IMG/VR virus record: IMGVR_UViG_3300031952_000006
Source of the DNA: a virus
Taxonomy: Duplodnaviria; Heunggongvirae; Uroviricota; Caudoviricetes
Length of the DNA: 64,000 bases
Strand: one strand, 5' to 3'
The translations under genes were made by a program, and so were the position numbers. The notes under the pieces are model-generated. The model had not been told where the DNA came from. It searched no databases and saw only the letters and a program-made list of their open reading frames with translations. Below are positions 53,924 to 63,969 of the stretch, piece after piece (position 1 is the first letter of the stretch; every line of letters begins with the position of its first letter).

Positions 53924-55531
53924 ATGAAACAAACTGAAGCCATTGAAATTATAATGGGAGGGCATAATGTTTTTCTTACCGGCGCTGCCGGATCAGGAAA
54001 AACATGGGTATTGAACAAATGCATTGAAAAATTAACAGAAAGCGGCAAGGATGTCGCAGTAACAGCCACAACTGGCATAGCTGCAACACACATAGATGGA
54101 TCTACAATACATTCCTGGTCAAGAATAATGATTCGTGATGAATCAGATTTAGCTGATGATGATGTCATAGAACACATTGTTGAAAACGATAAGACTGCTC
54201 GTAAGAATATACGAGCATGTGATGTTCTCATAATAGATGAAATATCTATGCTACACGCATACCAACTTGATGCTATCGATAAAATCTGCAAAGGAATTCG
54301 AAGATCAACCAAACCTTTTGGAGGAATTCAAATTATCTTATCTGGTGATTTCTTTCAACTTCCTCCCGTTGTTAAAAATGGAAAGAAAAAATGTTACGCA
54401 TTTGAATCACAGACATGGACAAGAAGCAACATAAAAGTTTGCTGTCTTGAAGAACAATATAGACAATTAGACAAGGAATTCATCTCAATTCTAAATGAAA
54501 TAAGAGAAAATTCGGTTAGTCCGACATCAAAAAAACTACTCGATAGCCGATACCTTGCAAAATTAGAAAATGAAAGTACACCGTTAAAATTATACCCACT
54601 AAATCAAGATGTAGATTTAATAAACTCAAGTGAGCTTGCAAAAATAAATAAACCAGCGAATACATACATAATGAACTCCTTTGGTGATCCAAATATCGTT
54701 GAATCCTTAAAAAAAGGATGCATTGCCAAAGAAGAACTTTCATTAAAAATAGGAACTCCTGTTATTTTTATAAAAAATAACAGGAAGGAAGGCTATATAA
54801 ATGGAACACAGGGAGTCGTTATCGGATTTACAGAGCCAGATCTTGATACTGAAGATTTCGATGAAGATACCGATGAAGAATCTAATGATGAAGAATACCC
54901 AATAGTAAAAACGATTGATGGTAAAATAATTACAGCATCTCCTGAATCCTGGAAAAGAATGAGACATGAAAAAACAGAAGTTCTTGATGAGTACGGAAAT
55001 AAGATAATTAAAGTACGTGAAGTTACTATAGCATCAGTCACTCAAATTCCTTTAATACTTGGTTGGTCAATAACTACGCACAAAGTACAAGGAATGTCGT
55101 TGGATTGTGTCGAAATGGATTTATCACGAGTATTTGAAGAAGGTATGGGATATGTTGCACTATCTCGAGTACGAACATTAGCTGGCATACGTCTTTTAGG
55201 AATGAATCAAATAGCACTGCGAGTTAATCCTAAGATTATTGAAATAGATAATATTTTCAGGAGTGACTCATATAAAAACAAAATTGAATTATGCTCAAAA
55301 GTTATTCTTTCTGAAAATTCAGATGAGAATTACGATAAAGAAGACGCTGATCTCGATGATATTTTTAAATCTTTTTGTGATTATGTTACAAAACAAACTG
55401 GAGAAGGGGCATCAAGAAGAACCATGGAAGCACTGGAAATTCTTTTTAATAGAATTGTTTCAGATCTTGATACTATTGTACTTGAGGCTACTTCACTGCA
55501 TAAAATTAGTAAAAATACCAAAGTGTCATGA
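53924..55531 (+). CDS. PIF1/RecD-like SF1 DNA helicase
   Basis: Walker A TGAAGSGKT. Walker B LIIDEISM. QLPPV. C-terminal SITTHKVQGMSLD. Confidence 0.75.
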   Translation: MKQTEAIEIIMGGHNVFLTGAAGSGKTWVLNKCIEKLTESGKDVAVTATTGIAATHIDGSTIHSWSRIMIRDESDLADDDVIEHIVENDKTARKNIRACDVLIIDEISMLHAYQLDAIDKICKGIRRSTKPFGGIQIILSGDFFQLPPVVKNGKKKCYAFESQTWTRSNIKVCCLEEQYRQLDKEFISILNEIRENSVSPTSKKLLDSRYLAKLENESTPLKLYPLNQDVDLINSSELAKINKPANTYIMNSFGDPNIVESLKKGCIAKEELSLKIGTPVIFIKNNRKEGYINGTQGVVIGFTEPDLDTEDFDEDTDEESNDEEYPIVKTIDGKIITASPESWKRMRHEKTEVLDEYGNKIIKVREVTIASVTQIPLILGWSITTHKVQGMSLDCVEMDLSRVFEEGMGYVALSRVRTLAGIRLLGMNQIALRVNPKIIEIDNIFRSDSYKNKIELCSKVILSENSDENYDKEDADLDDIFKSFCDYVTKQTGEGASRRTMEALEILFNRIVSDLDTIVLEATSLHKISKNTKVS

Positions 55532-55540
55532 GGTGCATGT

Positions 55541-56110
55541 ATGGCAAAAACAATGTATACTGAAGAAGATATTCTCAAATCGAAAACTCCTATGGAATAT
55601 ATTGATCGATGTCTTAAAAGTAAAGTTTCCTGGGGAGAAAAATCAGCACTAGCGATACATTGGCAAAGAAAAACCGGACACACCAATAATGATATAAAAT
55701 ATGCACGTAACCGTCATCCTTATTGGAAAGCACGGAAGCTTGAAGGTAATACAGAAAGAAATCGAAAAAGAATGGCCGTACATAAGTATATGGCTAAACC
55801 CAAACATGTGTGGTCAGATAGTCGAATAAAGAAATTTCTTAAACTCAATCAAAAAATAAATGAAAAGTTCATCCATAGGGATTGGGAAATAGCTCAACTT
55901 ATGGAAACAACGATTGCAGGTGTTCAAGCATGGAGAAGAAAATACAGTCTTATCATGAAATTATTTAACAAGATGCATACCCGACCGGCAAAACGTGCGG
56001 AATACTTAATTCCTCTAATGCGCTCTAGTGAAACGGCTCTTAGAGCAGAACTGCAGGATAAGAATCCTACAATAAGTAATTTATTGATAAGCCAGAGAAC
56101 ACGGAAATGA
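55541..56110 (+). CDS. hypothetical basic protein (189 aa)
   Basis: ORF. Confidence 0.4.
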   Translation: MAKTMYTEEDILKSKTPMEYIDRCLKSKVSWGEKSALAIHWQRKTGHTNNDIKYARNRHPYWKARKLEGNTERNRKRMAVHKYMAKPKHVWSDSRIKKFLKLNQKINEKFIHRDWEIAQLMETTIAGVQAWRRKYSLIMKLFNKMHTRPAKRAEYLIPLMRSSETALRAELQDKNPTISNLLISQRTRK

Positions 56111-56412
56111 GCCAATCAAGCTGGTTGAACAACATAGCAGTTGGATATCAGTCCGGTTTTAGCTGCACGACAGGTTCTCAGAATATAGCTATAGGAACAG
56201 GCGCATTCATGAGTTATTCAGTTTTATGGTGTCCTACTTGTAATAAAACATACATCCGTCACCTTATGAATACATATACTACTTCATATGTTTGTAAATG
56301 CAATAGTCAATTGATGAAACTGGATATTAACCACAAAATAGTAGAAAAGTTTTTAGAAGAGAATGAGACAGAATATTTATCAAAAGAAGATCTTGTAGAA
56401 ATATTAGTATGA
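56107..56412 (+). CDS. zinc-ribbon protein (101 aa), tandem paralogue of the next gene
   Basis: WCPTCNK...CKCNS and C-terminal LSKEDLVEILV. Confidence 0.4.
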   Translation: MSQSSWLNNIAVGYQSGFSCTTGSQNIAIGTGAFMSYSVLWCPTCNKTYIRHLMNTYTTSYVCKCNSQLMKLDINHKIVEKFLEENETEYLSKEDLVEILV

Positions 56413-56687
56413 GCCATGAGTTTGACATCCATATTAAAGGTATGCGGATACCTGTAGTAAGACAATCCATGAATAATGCTCCAAGATTTTTTTGGTGTCA
56501 AACATGCGGTGCGGTGCACGATGATTTCGATACAGGAAACTTTGTAAAGTATGTTCTATGCTTTTGCGGTAACAGCAAATGTATAGAAATATTACATAAA
56601 GAAGATATACAAAAGATATTAGAGTATATGCTACAAAATAAAAAAGAACGTATTACCAAAGGAGACTTAACGGAAATACTAATATAA
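56409..56687 (+). CDS. zinc-ribbon protein (92 aa), tandem paralogue
   Basis: WCQTCGA...CFCGNSKC and C-terminal ITKGDLTEILI. Confidence 0.4.
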   Translation: MSHEFDIHIKGMRIPVVRQSMNNAPRFFWCQTCGAVHDDFDTGNFVKYVLCFCGNSKCIEILHKEDIQKILEYMLQNKKERITKGDLTEILI

Positions 56688-56751
56688 TAATTGACAACAT
56701 TCTTCAGTAATGTACGATAAACATATAATCTATGCTTGAAGGAGTTGCAGT

Positions 56752-57438
56752 ATGAATCTCATTCATAAATTAAACGAATACATACATAAGAAAGAGGAAG
56801 AAGCGTGGATTCCAAAAACGCATAAAGAATTAGATGCGCTAGCATATAAATTTTTTAAATTTCACGGAGAAGGTCTATATAATATCTGCTTTGAATCAAT
56901 AGACACTGATTTCGTATCAACGATGATATCCCTCATATCAGGCAAATATTCTCATGGATTTACTGTCTACTATTGTGAGAATATAAGAGCTAAATTAATG
57001 GATGATGAATGGCATCGATTAAAACTTAAATATTATACTTACTATGGTAATACAGAAGATAGTGATACCAAACTAGGAAAAATAAAAATTCTTGTTTTAG
57101 CAGGTGCTGATAGCAATGGAATGAATTATTTTGATTACAGTGCCTACCAAAAAAGAAAACAAGTTATCATGAAACCTCTCCTTACAGCAGCACAGGCAAG
57201 TTCGATACTACATTCATATCTTACTATTGATACAATGAATGCACCGTATGACTACATGGGATTAGTATTTTGGTGGTTTAATAGACTCTTCGACGATGAA
57301 CGTGCCTGGTACTGCAGTGAAATAATGTATGATACGTTTAAACAGGCCGGTATTCTTATAGCAGAAAAAGCTAATCCAGCACCAACTCAAATAGTTAATT
57401 ACGGTGATAAAATGCATACGATTATAAAAAAAGATTAA
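56752..57438 (+). CDS. putative permuted papain-fold (NlpC/P60 superfamily, YiiX/PPPDE-like) hydrolase
   Basis: His (KYSHGFTVYY) precedes Cys (WYCSEIMYDTFKQAGI), the permuted order. AAGGAG SD. Confidence 0.35.
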   Translation: MNLIHKLNEYIHKKEEEAWIPKTHKELDALAYKFFKFHGEGLYNICFESIDTDFVSTMISLISGKYSHGFTVYYCENIRAKLMDDEWHRLKLKYYTYYGNTEDSDTKLGKIKILVLAGADSNGMNYFDYSAYQKRKQVIMKPLLTAAQASSILHSYLTIDTMNAPYDYMGLVFWWFNRLFDDERAWYCSEIMYDTFKQAGILIAEKANPAPTQIVNYGDKMHTIIKKD

Positions 57439-57766
57439 TAATCCTGGCAGAGGAGGAGCACTGTTCTACCAGAATTATATACCAGTCGTTACAGTAATTT
57501 CTATATCTAATATTGTATGGTTAAATATTATTCTTCCGCCTATGTATCTTTTATTATCATCGAGTATTCTTCATAGCACTCGTCTTACTTCAGCTTCGAT
57601 AAGAATGCTATTATCGTTTATAATAAAATCTTTCTCTATGTATTTTATCTGGCTCAGTTCATTTATATTGTTTAAGCAGTATTTTTCATAATAATCCAAC
57701 TCCTACGTATATGTGTATAATATATAAAAAAATAAAAATAATTTAATTATTTTTAAGTAAGATTAC

Positions 57767-57808
57767 ATCTATTATCGGATTTTTAAAAATAAAAATCCGA
57801 TAATAGAT
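57767..57808. repeat. perfect 18-bp-arm palindrome inside a 390-bp AT-rich non-coding region
   Basis: ATCTATTATCGGATTTTT - AAAAAT - AAAAATCCGATAATAGAT. No ORF of 60 aa or more on either strand across 57439-57831. Confidence 0.5.
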
Positions 57809-57831
57809 TAAAGGACATATTGAGGTAATAT

Positions 57832-58149
57832 ATGAATACAATAAATATGTATCGATGCAGAGCAAACAAAAACCACATTTTTAAAAAGGAATCAATCAAA
57901 GAGGTTGGCATCTGTCCCAAATGTCATAACTTTGCTGATCGACTGCTCGGCCAAGAACAACATGAAGATACTATGCATCATAATGATTTATTAGAAGATT
58001 CTATTATTACTGCTGCAATATCAGTAATTGCTGACGATGTTATGGATCATAGTAGCACCGACAGCACATCTGATAATTCATCAAGTTCAGATGATTTTTC
58101 AGGGGGCGGTGGGGATTTTGGTGGTGGCGGCTCTAGCGGCGAGTGGTAA
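57832..58149 (+). CDS. zinc-ribbon protein with acidic/Ser-rich and Gly-rich tail (105 aa)
   Basis: CRANKNH...CPKCHNF...DFSGGGGDFGGGGSSGEW. GAGG SD. Confidence 0.4.
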   Translation: MNTINMYRCRANKNHIFKKESIKEVGICPKCHNFADRLLGQEQHEDTMHHNDLLEDSIITAAISVIADDVMDHSSTDSTSDNSSSSDDFSGGGGDFGGGGSSGEW

Positions 58150-58258
58150 TTCCTGATTGCACGATGGACTATCGGAAAAAAGATTGGAGATGCCATTAAT
58201 TATTTCAAACGAAAAGGTGCGGAAATAAAAAAATTTTCGTAAATAGAGGTATCTACGT

Positions 58259-58564
58259 ATGATGAGACTTAGAATAGAAACAGCAAATTTTTCAAATCAA
58301 AAAGAAACACATTCCTGTGAGATTGTTGATAATTCGTATGGGCCTGCTTCAACTGTTGAGGAGTATCTTATGATTTTTATGCGAGCTATGCTGGGAATGT
58401 CATTTTTAGAAGAACAAGTAAGCAAAGCAATTATAGAAATGGCCGAAGAATTAAAAATTGAAATGAAAACAAGAAAATTAGATCGTGCAAGCATTGTTGG
58501 TATTTTTGAAGAGGAACCCCCACAAATAAAAGACGAGACGACGAGACGCAGTCGTAAAAAATAG
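58259..58564 (+). CDS. hypothetical protein (101 aa)
   Basis: AGAGG SD. Confidence 0.4.
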   Translation: MMRLRIETANFSNQKETHSCEIVDNSYGPASTVEEYLMIFMRAMLGMSFLEEQVSKAIIEMAEELKIEMKTRKLDRASIVGIFEEEPPQIKDETTRRSRKK

Positions 58565-58623
58565 ATTGTCAACGTATACGCTCTGGAAACAATCGACTCT
58601 TACATTCTTAATGGAGGAAGTCG

Positions 58624-58902
58624 ATGGAGATAGATTTACGAGCATTGTTCTGGAAAGAAACGGGACATACGTCAAATACAGATAATTTATGCGAATGCGG
58701 CATATTCAGATTGCAAGATCAAGAATATATAGAATGGCTTGAAAAGCATCTTGAAGAGCACATGCAAGATGATATTACAGAAATACCTGAAACACAAGCT
58801 CGACGTATGGCCTGGAAAATATGTGACGCACTTGGATTAGAAAAAGCAACAACAGTTAATGTTGTAATAGATGTTTGGAAAGAATTCAAATATGTAAAAT
58901 AG
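58624..58902 (+). CDS. hypothetical protein (92 aa)
   Basis: GGAGGAAG SD. Confidence 0.4.
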   Translation: MEIDLRALFWKETGHTSNTDNLCECGIFRLQDQEYIEWLEKHLEEHMQDDITEIPETQARRMAWKICDALGLEKATTVNVVIDVWKEFKYVK

Positions 58903-58927
58903 GAAAGTATTTAAAATTTTAAATAAT

Positions 58928-59122
58928 ATGAGAGGCAATATGAAGAAACAAGTTTCGAAAGGTGCAAAGAAACCAGCAGCAGAAAAAAAGGCAGTAAAAG
59001 CTCCCGCAAAGAAACAAACCAAAAAAATTGAGGTTAAGAAATCAGCTGCAAAAAAACCTGTTGTTGCAAAGAAGCCGGTAACTGCTAAAGCTAAAGTTCA
59101 GCCAATCGCGCCAGTTCTTTAA
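58928..59122 (+). CDS. histone-H1-like Lys/Ala/Pro-rich basic protein (64 aa)
   Basis: KKPAAEKKAVKAPAKKQTKKIEVKKSAAKKPVVAKKPVTAKAK low-complexity basic repeats. Confidence 0.45.
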   Translation: MRGNMKKQVSKGAKKPAAEKKAVKAPAKKQTKKIEVKKSAAKKPVVAKKPVTAKAKVQPIAPVL

Positions 59123-59130
59123 TTAGTGAA

Positions 59131-59170
59131 ATACCCATGATAATCGTACGATCATCATGGGTATTTTTTA
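59131..59170 (+). terminator. intrinsic terminator
   Basis: ATACCCATGAT / ATCATGGGTAT 11-bp stem (59131-41 / 59154-64) followed by TTTTTT. Confidence 0.6.
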
Positions 59171-59445
59171 TATTATCTTTTATACAAAAACATCTGCTCG
59201 GGGGGGCACTGTTATTGGTGCTTGTGGGTGAGCAGATATCTCTGTTATAAAATACTTCTGAGTACACTTGAAAAATAGAATGTTACTAATAATATACATA
59301 CAAATTACAAAATAATCGATAAAAATTAATATACTTGCAAAAAACTTCAACTAGATTTATTAAAATACTAAAAATAAGACTTAAAAATAAAGGAAATCTT
59401 CTTACTTTTCATATATCAAGTATAATAAAAATATTAAGGCTTTCT

Positions 59446-60138
59446 ATGCAATTTATACACATACACACTCTGGATCATTTAATAAGAACAGCTAACAGCA
59501 AAGATCTCTCTGAAAGAGATTTAGCGAATTTAATGGACGCTGTTCTTGCTAATAAAGAAATAACCTCAGCCTTTGTGGATAGCTGGAAAAATTACTATAC
59601 ATCCGGCCCTTTTCACAAAGTTATGTATAAAGACATGACTGAATCTGAATTACAAAATAAAATAATTGAAGTAGTAATGAACGAGTTTAAAGCAGCCAAA
59701 GAAGAAATGGGTGCTACCTTCGATGAGCAAATCCATTATCTCATGGATCGTGCATTAGATCCGTTAGATCCATCTAGATTTATTTATATAGGAATATTAA
59801 AAGAATTAGGAGCAGAAGTTTCTGAAACAAATAAGATTAAAGTTCCCCCTGAGTGGTCAGAAGCAATTAAAAAAATTGATAACCTAAATAAACTATTTGA
59901 ATGGGCATACGAACAAGAATACGGAATACCTTTCGTTCGTTCATATGATATGACTCAAGAAGATGTGAATACTATAAAGAATACTATACTCAATAAATAT
60001 AAAAATCTTATTGGAGAACCAATACCTTTAGAAGAAGAAAGAGAAGCTATTCCTCTTAGAAGTCCATCAGACAAATTAAAAGCTATGGGGAAGAAAGATG
60101 TTACTGATCCAGAATACACAGTGCATCCCGATGAATAA
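59446..60138 (+). CDS. hypothetical protein
   Basis: ATG 59446 (MQFIHIH...) is preferred. The ORF-track start 59335 lies in an AT-rich promoter region. Confidence 0.4.
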   Translation: MQFIHIHTLDHLIRTANSKDLSERDLANLMDAVLANKEITSAFVDSWKNYYTSGPFHKVMYKDMTESELQNKIIEVVMNEFKAAKEEMGATFDEQIHYLMDRALDPLDPSRFIYIGILKELGAEVSETNKIKVPPEWSEAIKKIDNLNKLFEWAYEQEYGIPFVRSYDMTQEDVNTIKNTILNKYKNLIGEPIPLEEEREAIPLRSPSDKLKAMGKKDVTDPEYTVHPDE

Positions 60139-60258
60139 AATAAAAGGATCTGATTGAAAATTTGTTCTTATTTGTTTACTTTTTTAGTATAAAAATAGTA
60201 AATAAAGTGTTTGGAGATGTTGTACCCGTTTGGGGGGCGATTAAACGATCCTTATTTG

Positions 60259-60285
60259 ATACCGGAAGAAATTCCGGTATTTTTT
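60259..60285 (+). terminator. intrinsic terminator
   Basis: ATACCGGAA-GAAA-TTCCGGTAT followed by TTTTT. Confidence 0.6.
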
Positions 60286-60495
60286 GTCATAAAATAATAT
60301 AAAAAGCATTTGACGGATTTAAAGAGACATAGTAAATATCCTATGTATAATAAATTATGGAGGTACTGTGGTAGCATGAAAAAGGTCTTATGTAACATCT
60401 GTATTGATATAGTTGCATATTTAATTTTTGCACTTACTGCCAGTTGTGCCTTTTCTCTACTAGGGTGGATTGTATTTTAAAAAAGGAGAATATAT

Positions 60496-60849
60496 ATGAC
60501 AGATGAACAAAAAGTAAACGAACAGGAAGTAGGAGCTTTTGTTAGTTCCCTCAAACGAAACAACAAGCAAATAAGAGATGATCGAGCTGCAACTATTGCT
60601 GAAGATACTCAACTTGTTTATAAAAGAAAGATTGAAGATCTTGAAATGAGCATAAAGAAAATGGCGAGAGAGCAGGAAAACATGCTCGATCTTTCACCAA
60701 CGAATGCTCAAAGCCTTATTCTTGCAAGTGATTTTAAATCTCAAGAATATGCTGACAAGGATGTTGAACTCGGTGTTAAAATACGCAATGCTGAGATTAC
60801 TCTCGAAATCGCTAAGAAAAGATATACTTACTTATTCGGAGGCCAATAA
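60496..60849 (+). CDS. coiled-coil protein (117 aa)
   Basis: AAAGGAGAATATATATG SD. Preceded by TTGACG (60310) / TGTATAAT (60344-51) promoter-like elements. Confidence 0.4.
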   Translation: MTDEQKVNEQEVGAFVSSLKRNNKQIRDDRAATIAEDTQLVYKRKIEDLEMSIKKMAREQENMLDLSPTNAQSLILASDFKSQEYADKDVELGVKIRNAEITLEIAKKRYTYLFGGQ

Positions 60850-61742
60850 TGGGTGGAGGATCGTATTCAGTATCTAACGCAACTGCAAGTGTTGAAGCAA
60901 GCTATACGACTATGGATGTAAAAACTGGTCGTAGGATGTTTAGATCAAAGGAAGAAATATTCACACAGAAATCTATCAACAATGCAATGAATCCTTATGG
61001 AATCGTCGTTCGAGAATCCCGAGATTCTAAGGAACATCCAAATTCCTTAGCTATCGTTATCGCTCTGGATGTTACCGGATCAATGGGATCGGTTCCTCAT
61101 CACCTCATTACTACAGGTCTTCCTACTCTTATGGGAGAGATTCTTGAGAAGGGAATCAAAGATCCCCAGGTTCTCTTTATGGGAATAGGAGACCATGAGT
61201 GCGATCAATCACCCCTGCAGGTAGCTCAGTTTGAGTCCAGCGACGACCTTCTGGATAAATGGCTCAAGGATGTCTATCTCGAAGGTGGTGGTGGGGCAAA
61301 CTATGGGGAATCATATCATCTCGCGTGGTACTTGGCTGGATATCATACGGCTATTGACTGTTTCGAAAAAAGAGGTGAGAAAGGATTTCTCTTTACCATA
61401 GGAGATGAACCAGTTCTTAAAAAAATATCAAAAAGCAAAGTAAAGGATATTATGGGTGATGGTCAGTATGAAGATTTTACGCACGATGCCCTTTTAAAAA
61501 AAGCTATGGAGAAGTACAATGTGTACCATCTTCATATTAAAGAAACCGCAGCTGGAAGTCGAAAAGAAGTTATCGATGGATGGAAACAAATTCTTCACGA
61601 TAATCTCATTGTCGTTGAGAATCATAGTGAATTGGCAACAACCATTGCTGACATTATAATCAAAAACGCTGCTACAAAACCAGAACAGAAAGTTGATGTT
61701 AAAATAGATATTAAGATTGAGAAACCTGAAATAATTCTATGA
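60849..61742 (+). CDS. von Willebrand factor A (vWA) domain protein
   Basis: MIDAS VIALDVTGSMGS. 297 aa. Overlaps the downstream PurA-like gene by 4 nt. Confidence 0.55.
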   Translation: MGGGSYSVSNATASVEASYTTMDVKTGRRMFRSKEEIFTQKSINNAMNPYGIVVRESRDSKEHPNSLAIVIALDVTGSMGSVPHHLITTGLPTLMGEILEKGIKDPQVLFMGIGDHECDQSPLQVAQFESSDDLLDKWLKDVYLEGGGGANYGESYHLAWYLAGYHTAIDCFEKRGEKGFLFTIGDEPVLKKISKSKVKDIMGDGQYEDFTHDALLKKAMEKYNVYHLHIKETAAGSRKEVIDGWKQILHDNLIVVENHSELATTIADIIIKNAATKPEQKVDVKIDIKIEKPEIIL

Positions 61743-62905
61743 AAAAGAAGAAACTGTTGGCTGTAATCGGCTTGTTATATGGCGACGAAGGAAAGGGACT
61801 CACAGTCGATTACCTTTGCTCACAAAATCCTAACTCGCTTGTCATTCGTTACTCAGGCGGCCCTCAGGCAGGGCATACCGTGTGCTATAATGGCATGCGG
61901 CATGTCTTTGCTAGTTTTGGATCAGGAACATTTAGAAAAGCTCCAACGTACATTTCTAAATATTGTGTTATTGATCCTATCGCTATTTTAAATGAATACA
62001 CTATATTATTAAAGAAAGATCTTTCGCCTGTTCTTTACATTGATATACGCTGTCCGGTAATAACCCCTTATGATTCTTTTCATAGTGGGACAGATAAGCA
62101 GTTTAAAGAGAACGGAACCTGCGGGGTTGGCATTGGTTCTACGTATCAGCGAGAACAGGATTTTTATTCTTTAACATTTCTCGATTTGTTTTACCCGTCT
62201 GTGTTGAAAATAAAACTTGAGAACATTAGAAAATATTACAAAGGTAGAAAAGATTTTGATTTAACACTGTTTTTAAAAGGATGTTCTTTTCTTACAGATA
62301 CGTTGAATTCTGCCTACTTCATTAAAAGAGCATACGGAATACCAAATATAAAATGTTCTACGTATATATTCGAAGGATCACAGGGGCTTCTTCTGGATCA
62401 AAACATAGGATTCTTCCCGCATGTTACACGAGGAAATACGGGGAGCAAGAATATTATAGAATTGTGTGGAACAGAGGATATTGAATTCTACCTTGTTACG
62501 AGAGCATATCAAACTCGTCATGGAAATGGTCCGATGACAAATGAAAACATATCTCATAATATACAAATCAATCCAGATGAGACAAATAGAAACCATCCTC
62601 ATCAAGGTGTTTTTAGAAGATCACTTTTAGATCTCAACTTGATTCATTATGGGATAAGTAAAGATTCTGTTATCTGTCATGCAAAGAAAAAAACTCTGGT
62701 TATTACATGCTTGGATCATATTAAAAATTCAAAGGTGTTATTTGAAGATATGTATAGATTTGTAGCCGCAGATTCTGTTTGTCGAAGTTATAATGAAAAT
62801 GAATTTATTGGAAAGATATCTAAAATACTGGATATACCTGACGTTCTCGCAAGTTCATCAGATGAGTCTAAAAATATGAAGAAACTACATTTTAAGGGAG
62901 ATTGA
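61739..62905 (+). CDS. adenylosuccinate-synthetase-family enzyme (PurA-like, PurZ candidate), 388 aa
   Basis: P-loop GDEGKG, GGPQAGHT, FEGSQGLLLDQNIGFFPHVTRGNT, YQTRHGNGP. These motifs align with E. coli PurA GDEGKGK / GGHNAGHT / [24 protein letters not shown] / YSTRVGAGP. About 40 aa shorter than cellular PurA. Confidence 0.7.
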   Translation: MKKKKLLAVIGLLYGDEGKGLTVDYLCSQNPNSLVIRYSGGPQAGHTVCYNGMRHVFASFGSGTFRKAPTYISKYCVIDPIAILNEYTILLKKDLSPVLYIDIRCPVITPYDSFHSGTDKQFKENGTCGVGIGSTYQREQDFYSLTFLDLFYPSVLKIKLENIRKYYKGRKDFDLTLFLKGCSFLTDTLNSAYFIKRAYGIPNIKCSTYIFEGSQGLLLDQNIGFFPHVTRGNTGSKNIIELCGTEDIEFYLVTRAYQTRHGNGPMTNENISHNIQINPDETNRNHPHQGVFRRSLLDLNLIHYGISKDSVICHAKKKTLVITCLDHIKNSKVLFEDMYRFVAADSVCRSYNENEFIGKISKILDIPDVLASSSDESKNMKKLHFKGD

Positions 62906-62906
62906 T

Positions 62907-63350
62907 ATGGGAATGGTAGATCATGCAAAAGAGGAACTAAAATATTTGAGAGGGTCTGATACATCTCACGATGACATGCAAGACCTTATCGAAAAAAACA
63001 TTATTGAAATAATAGAAGTTTTCGCAGCGCAAGGGCACAGTGGCGGTTCGGCTGGTTATTGCATACCTATTATACATGCTTTGCTGAAGCAAGAAAACAT
63101 TACACCTTTAACTGGGGAAGATCATGAATGGCAAGAAGTTTCACCGGGAGTATTTCAAAATAAACGTATGAGTTCTATCTTTAAAGATAAGAACAGATTT
63201 GATGGTCAAGCATATTGGATAGATGGTAAAATCTTTTCAGATGATGGTGGAAAAACTTGGGTCACAAATAGTGATAGTTTTGTTCCTATTACATTCCCTG
63301 TTTTAGAGCTAGTTTCAGAAAGAATAATAAGAAAACAAGAAGGAGAATAA
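62907..63350 (+). CDS. hypothetical protein (147 aa)
   Basis: ORF. Confidence 0.4.
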   Translation: MGMVDHAKEELKYLRGSDTSHDDMQDLIEKNIIEIIEVFAAQGHSGGSAGYCIPIIHALLKQENITPLTGEDHEWQEVSPGVFQNKRMSSIFKDKNRFDGQAYWIDGKIFSDDGGKTWVTNSDSFVPITFPVLELVSERIIRKQEGE

Positions 63351-63352
63351 TC

Positions 63353-63571
63353 ATGAAAACGTATATCGGAACTAAAATTGTTAAAGCAGAACCAATGACA
63401 GAAGTTGATTTTTTTGTGAATATTAAAAAGCAAGAAATAGTCAGCGATAAAGACAATCGTCACGGCTATTTAGTTATCTATGAAGACGGATATCAAAGCT
63501 GGTCACCAAAAGAAACATTCGAGCGAGCATATCGAGAAGTTACTGATGAAGAAAAGAAGATGATCGGATAA
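63353..63571 (+). CDS. hypothetical protein (72 aa)
   Basis: ORF. Confidence 0.35.
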   Translation: MKTYIGTKIVKAEPMTEVDFFVNIKKQEIVSDKDNRHGYLVIYEDGYQSWSPKETFERAYREVTDEEKKMIG

Positions 63572-63648
63572 TTCTTATGTACTACATTACAGTAGAATTG
63601 GAATTAGATGTAACCAATTGGTGTAAAATAAATCAATAGAGGTAGAAC

Positions 63649-63969
63649 ATGATCTTATTTGATAAAGATGAGTATGGTTACAAACTTGTTGATAATGATT
63701 ATAATAAAATTATAATGCGTATCAAGGAACCCTGTATTTGTTTTTCTTATTCAACATCACTTGGTGGTTGTCTACACAAGTTTGGTGATTATGATTTGGT
63801 TAAAGACTGGTATGATACTGCTCGAAAAAAATATATTGATGCTGAATATCCTAATGAAGCAGAAGAACTAAAATTATTGTATGGTAGTATACCAGTAGAA
63901 GAACTAAATAAATGTATAGAGATATCTGGATATATTGGAAAGTTGTATGAAAAATCAAGTCATATGTAA
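63649..63969 (+). CDS. hypothetical protein (106 aa)
   Basis: GAGG SD. Confidence 0.4.
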   Translation: MILFDKDEYGYKLVDNDYNKIIMRIKEPCICFSYSTSLGGCLHKFGDYDLVKDWYDTARKKYIDAEYPNEAEELKLLYGSIPVEELNKCIEISGYIGKLYEKSSHM

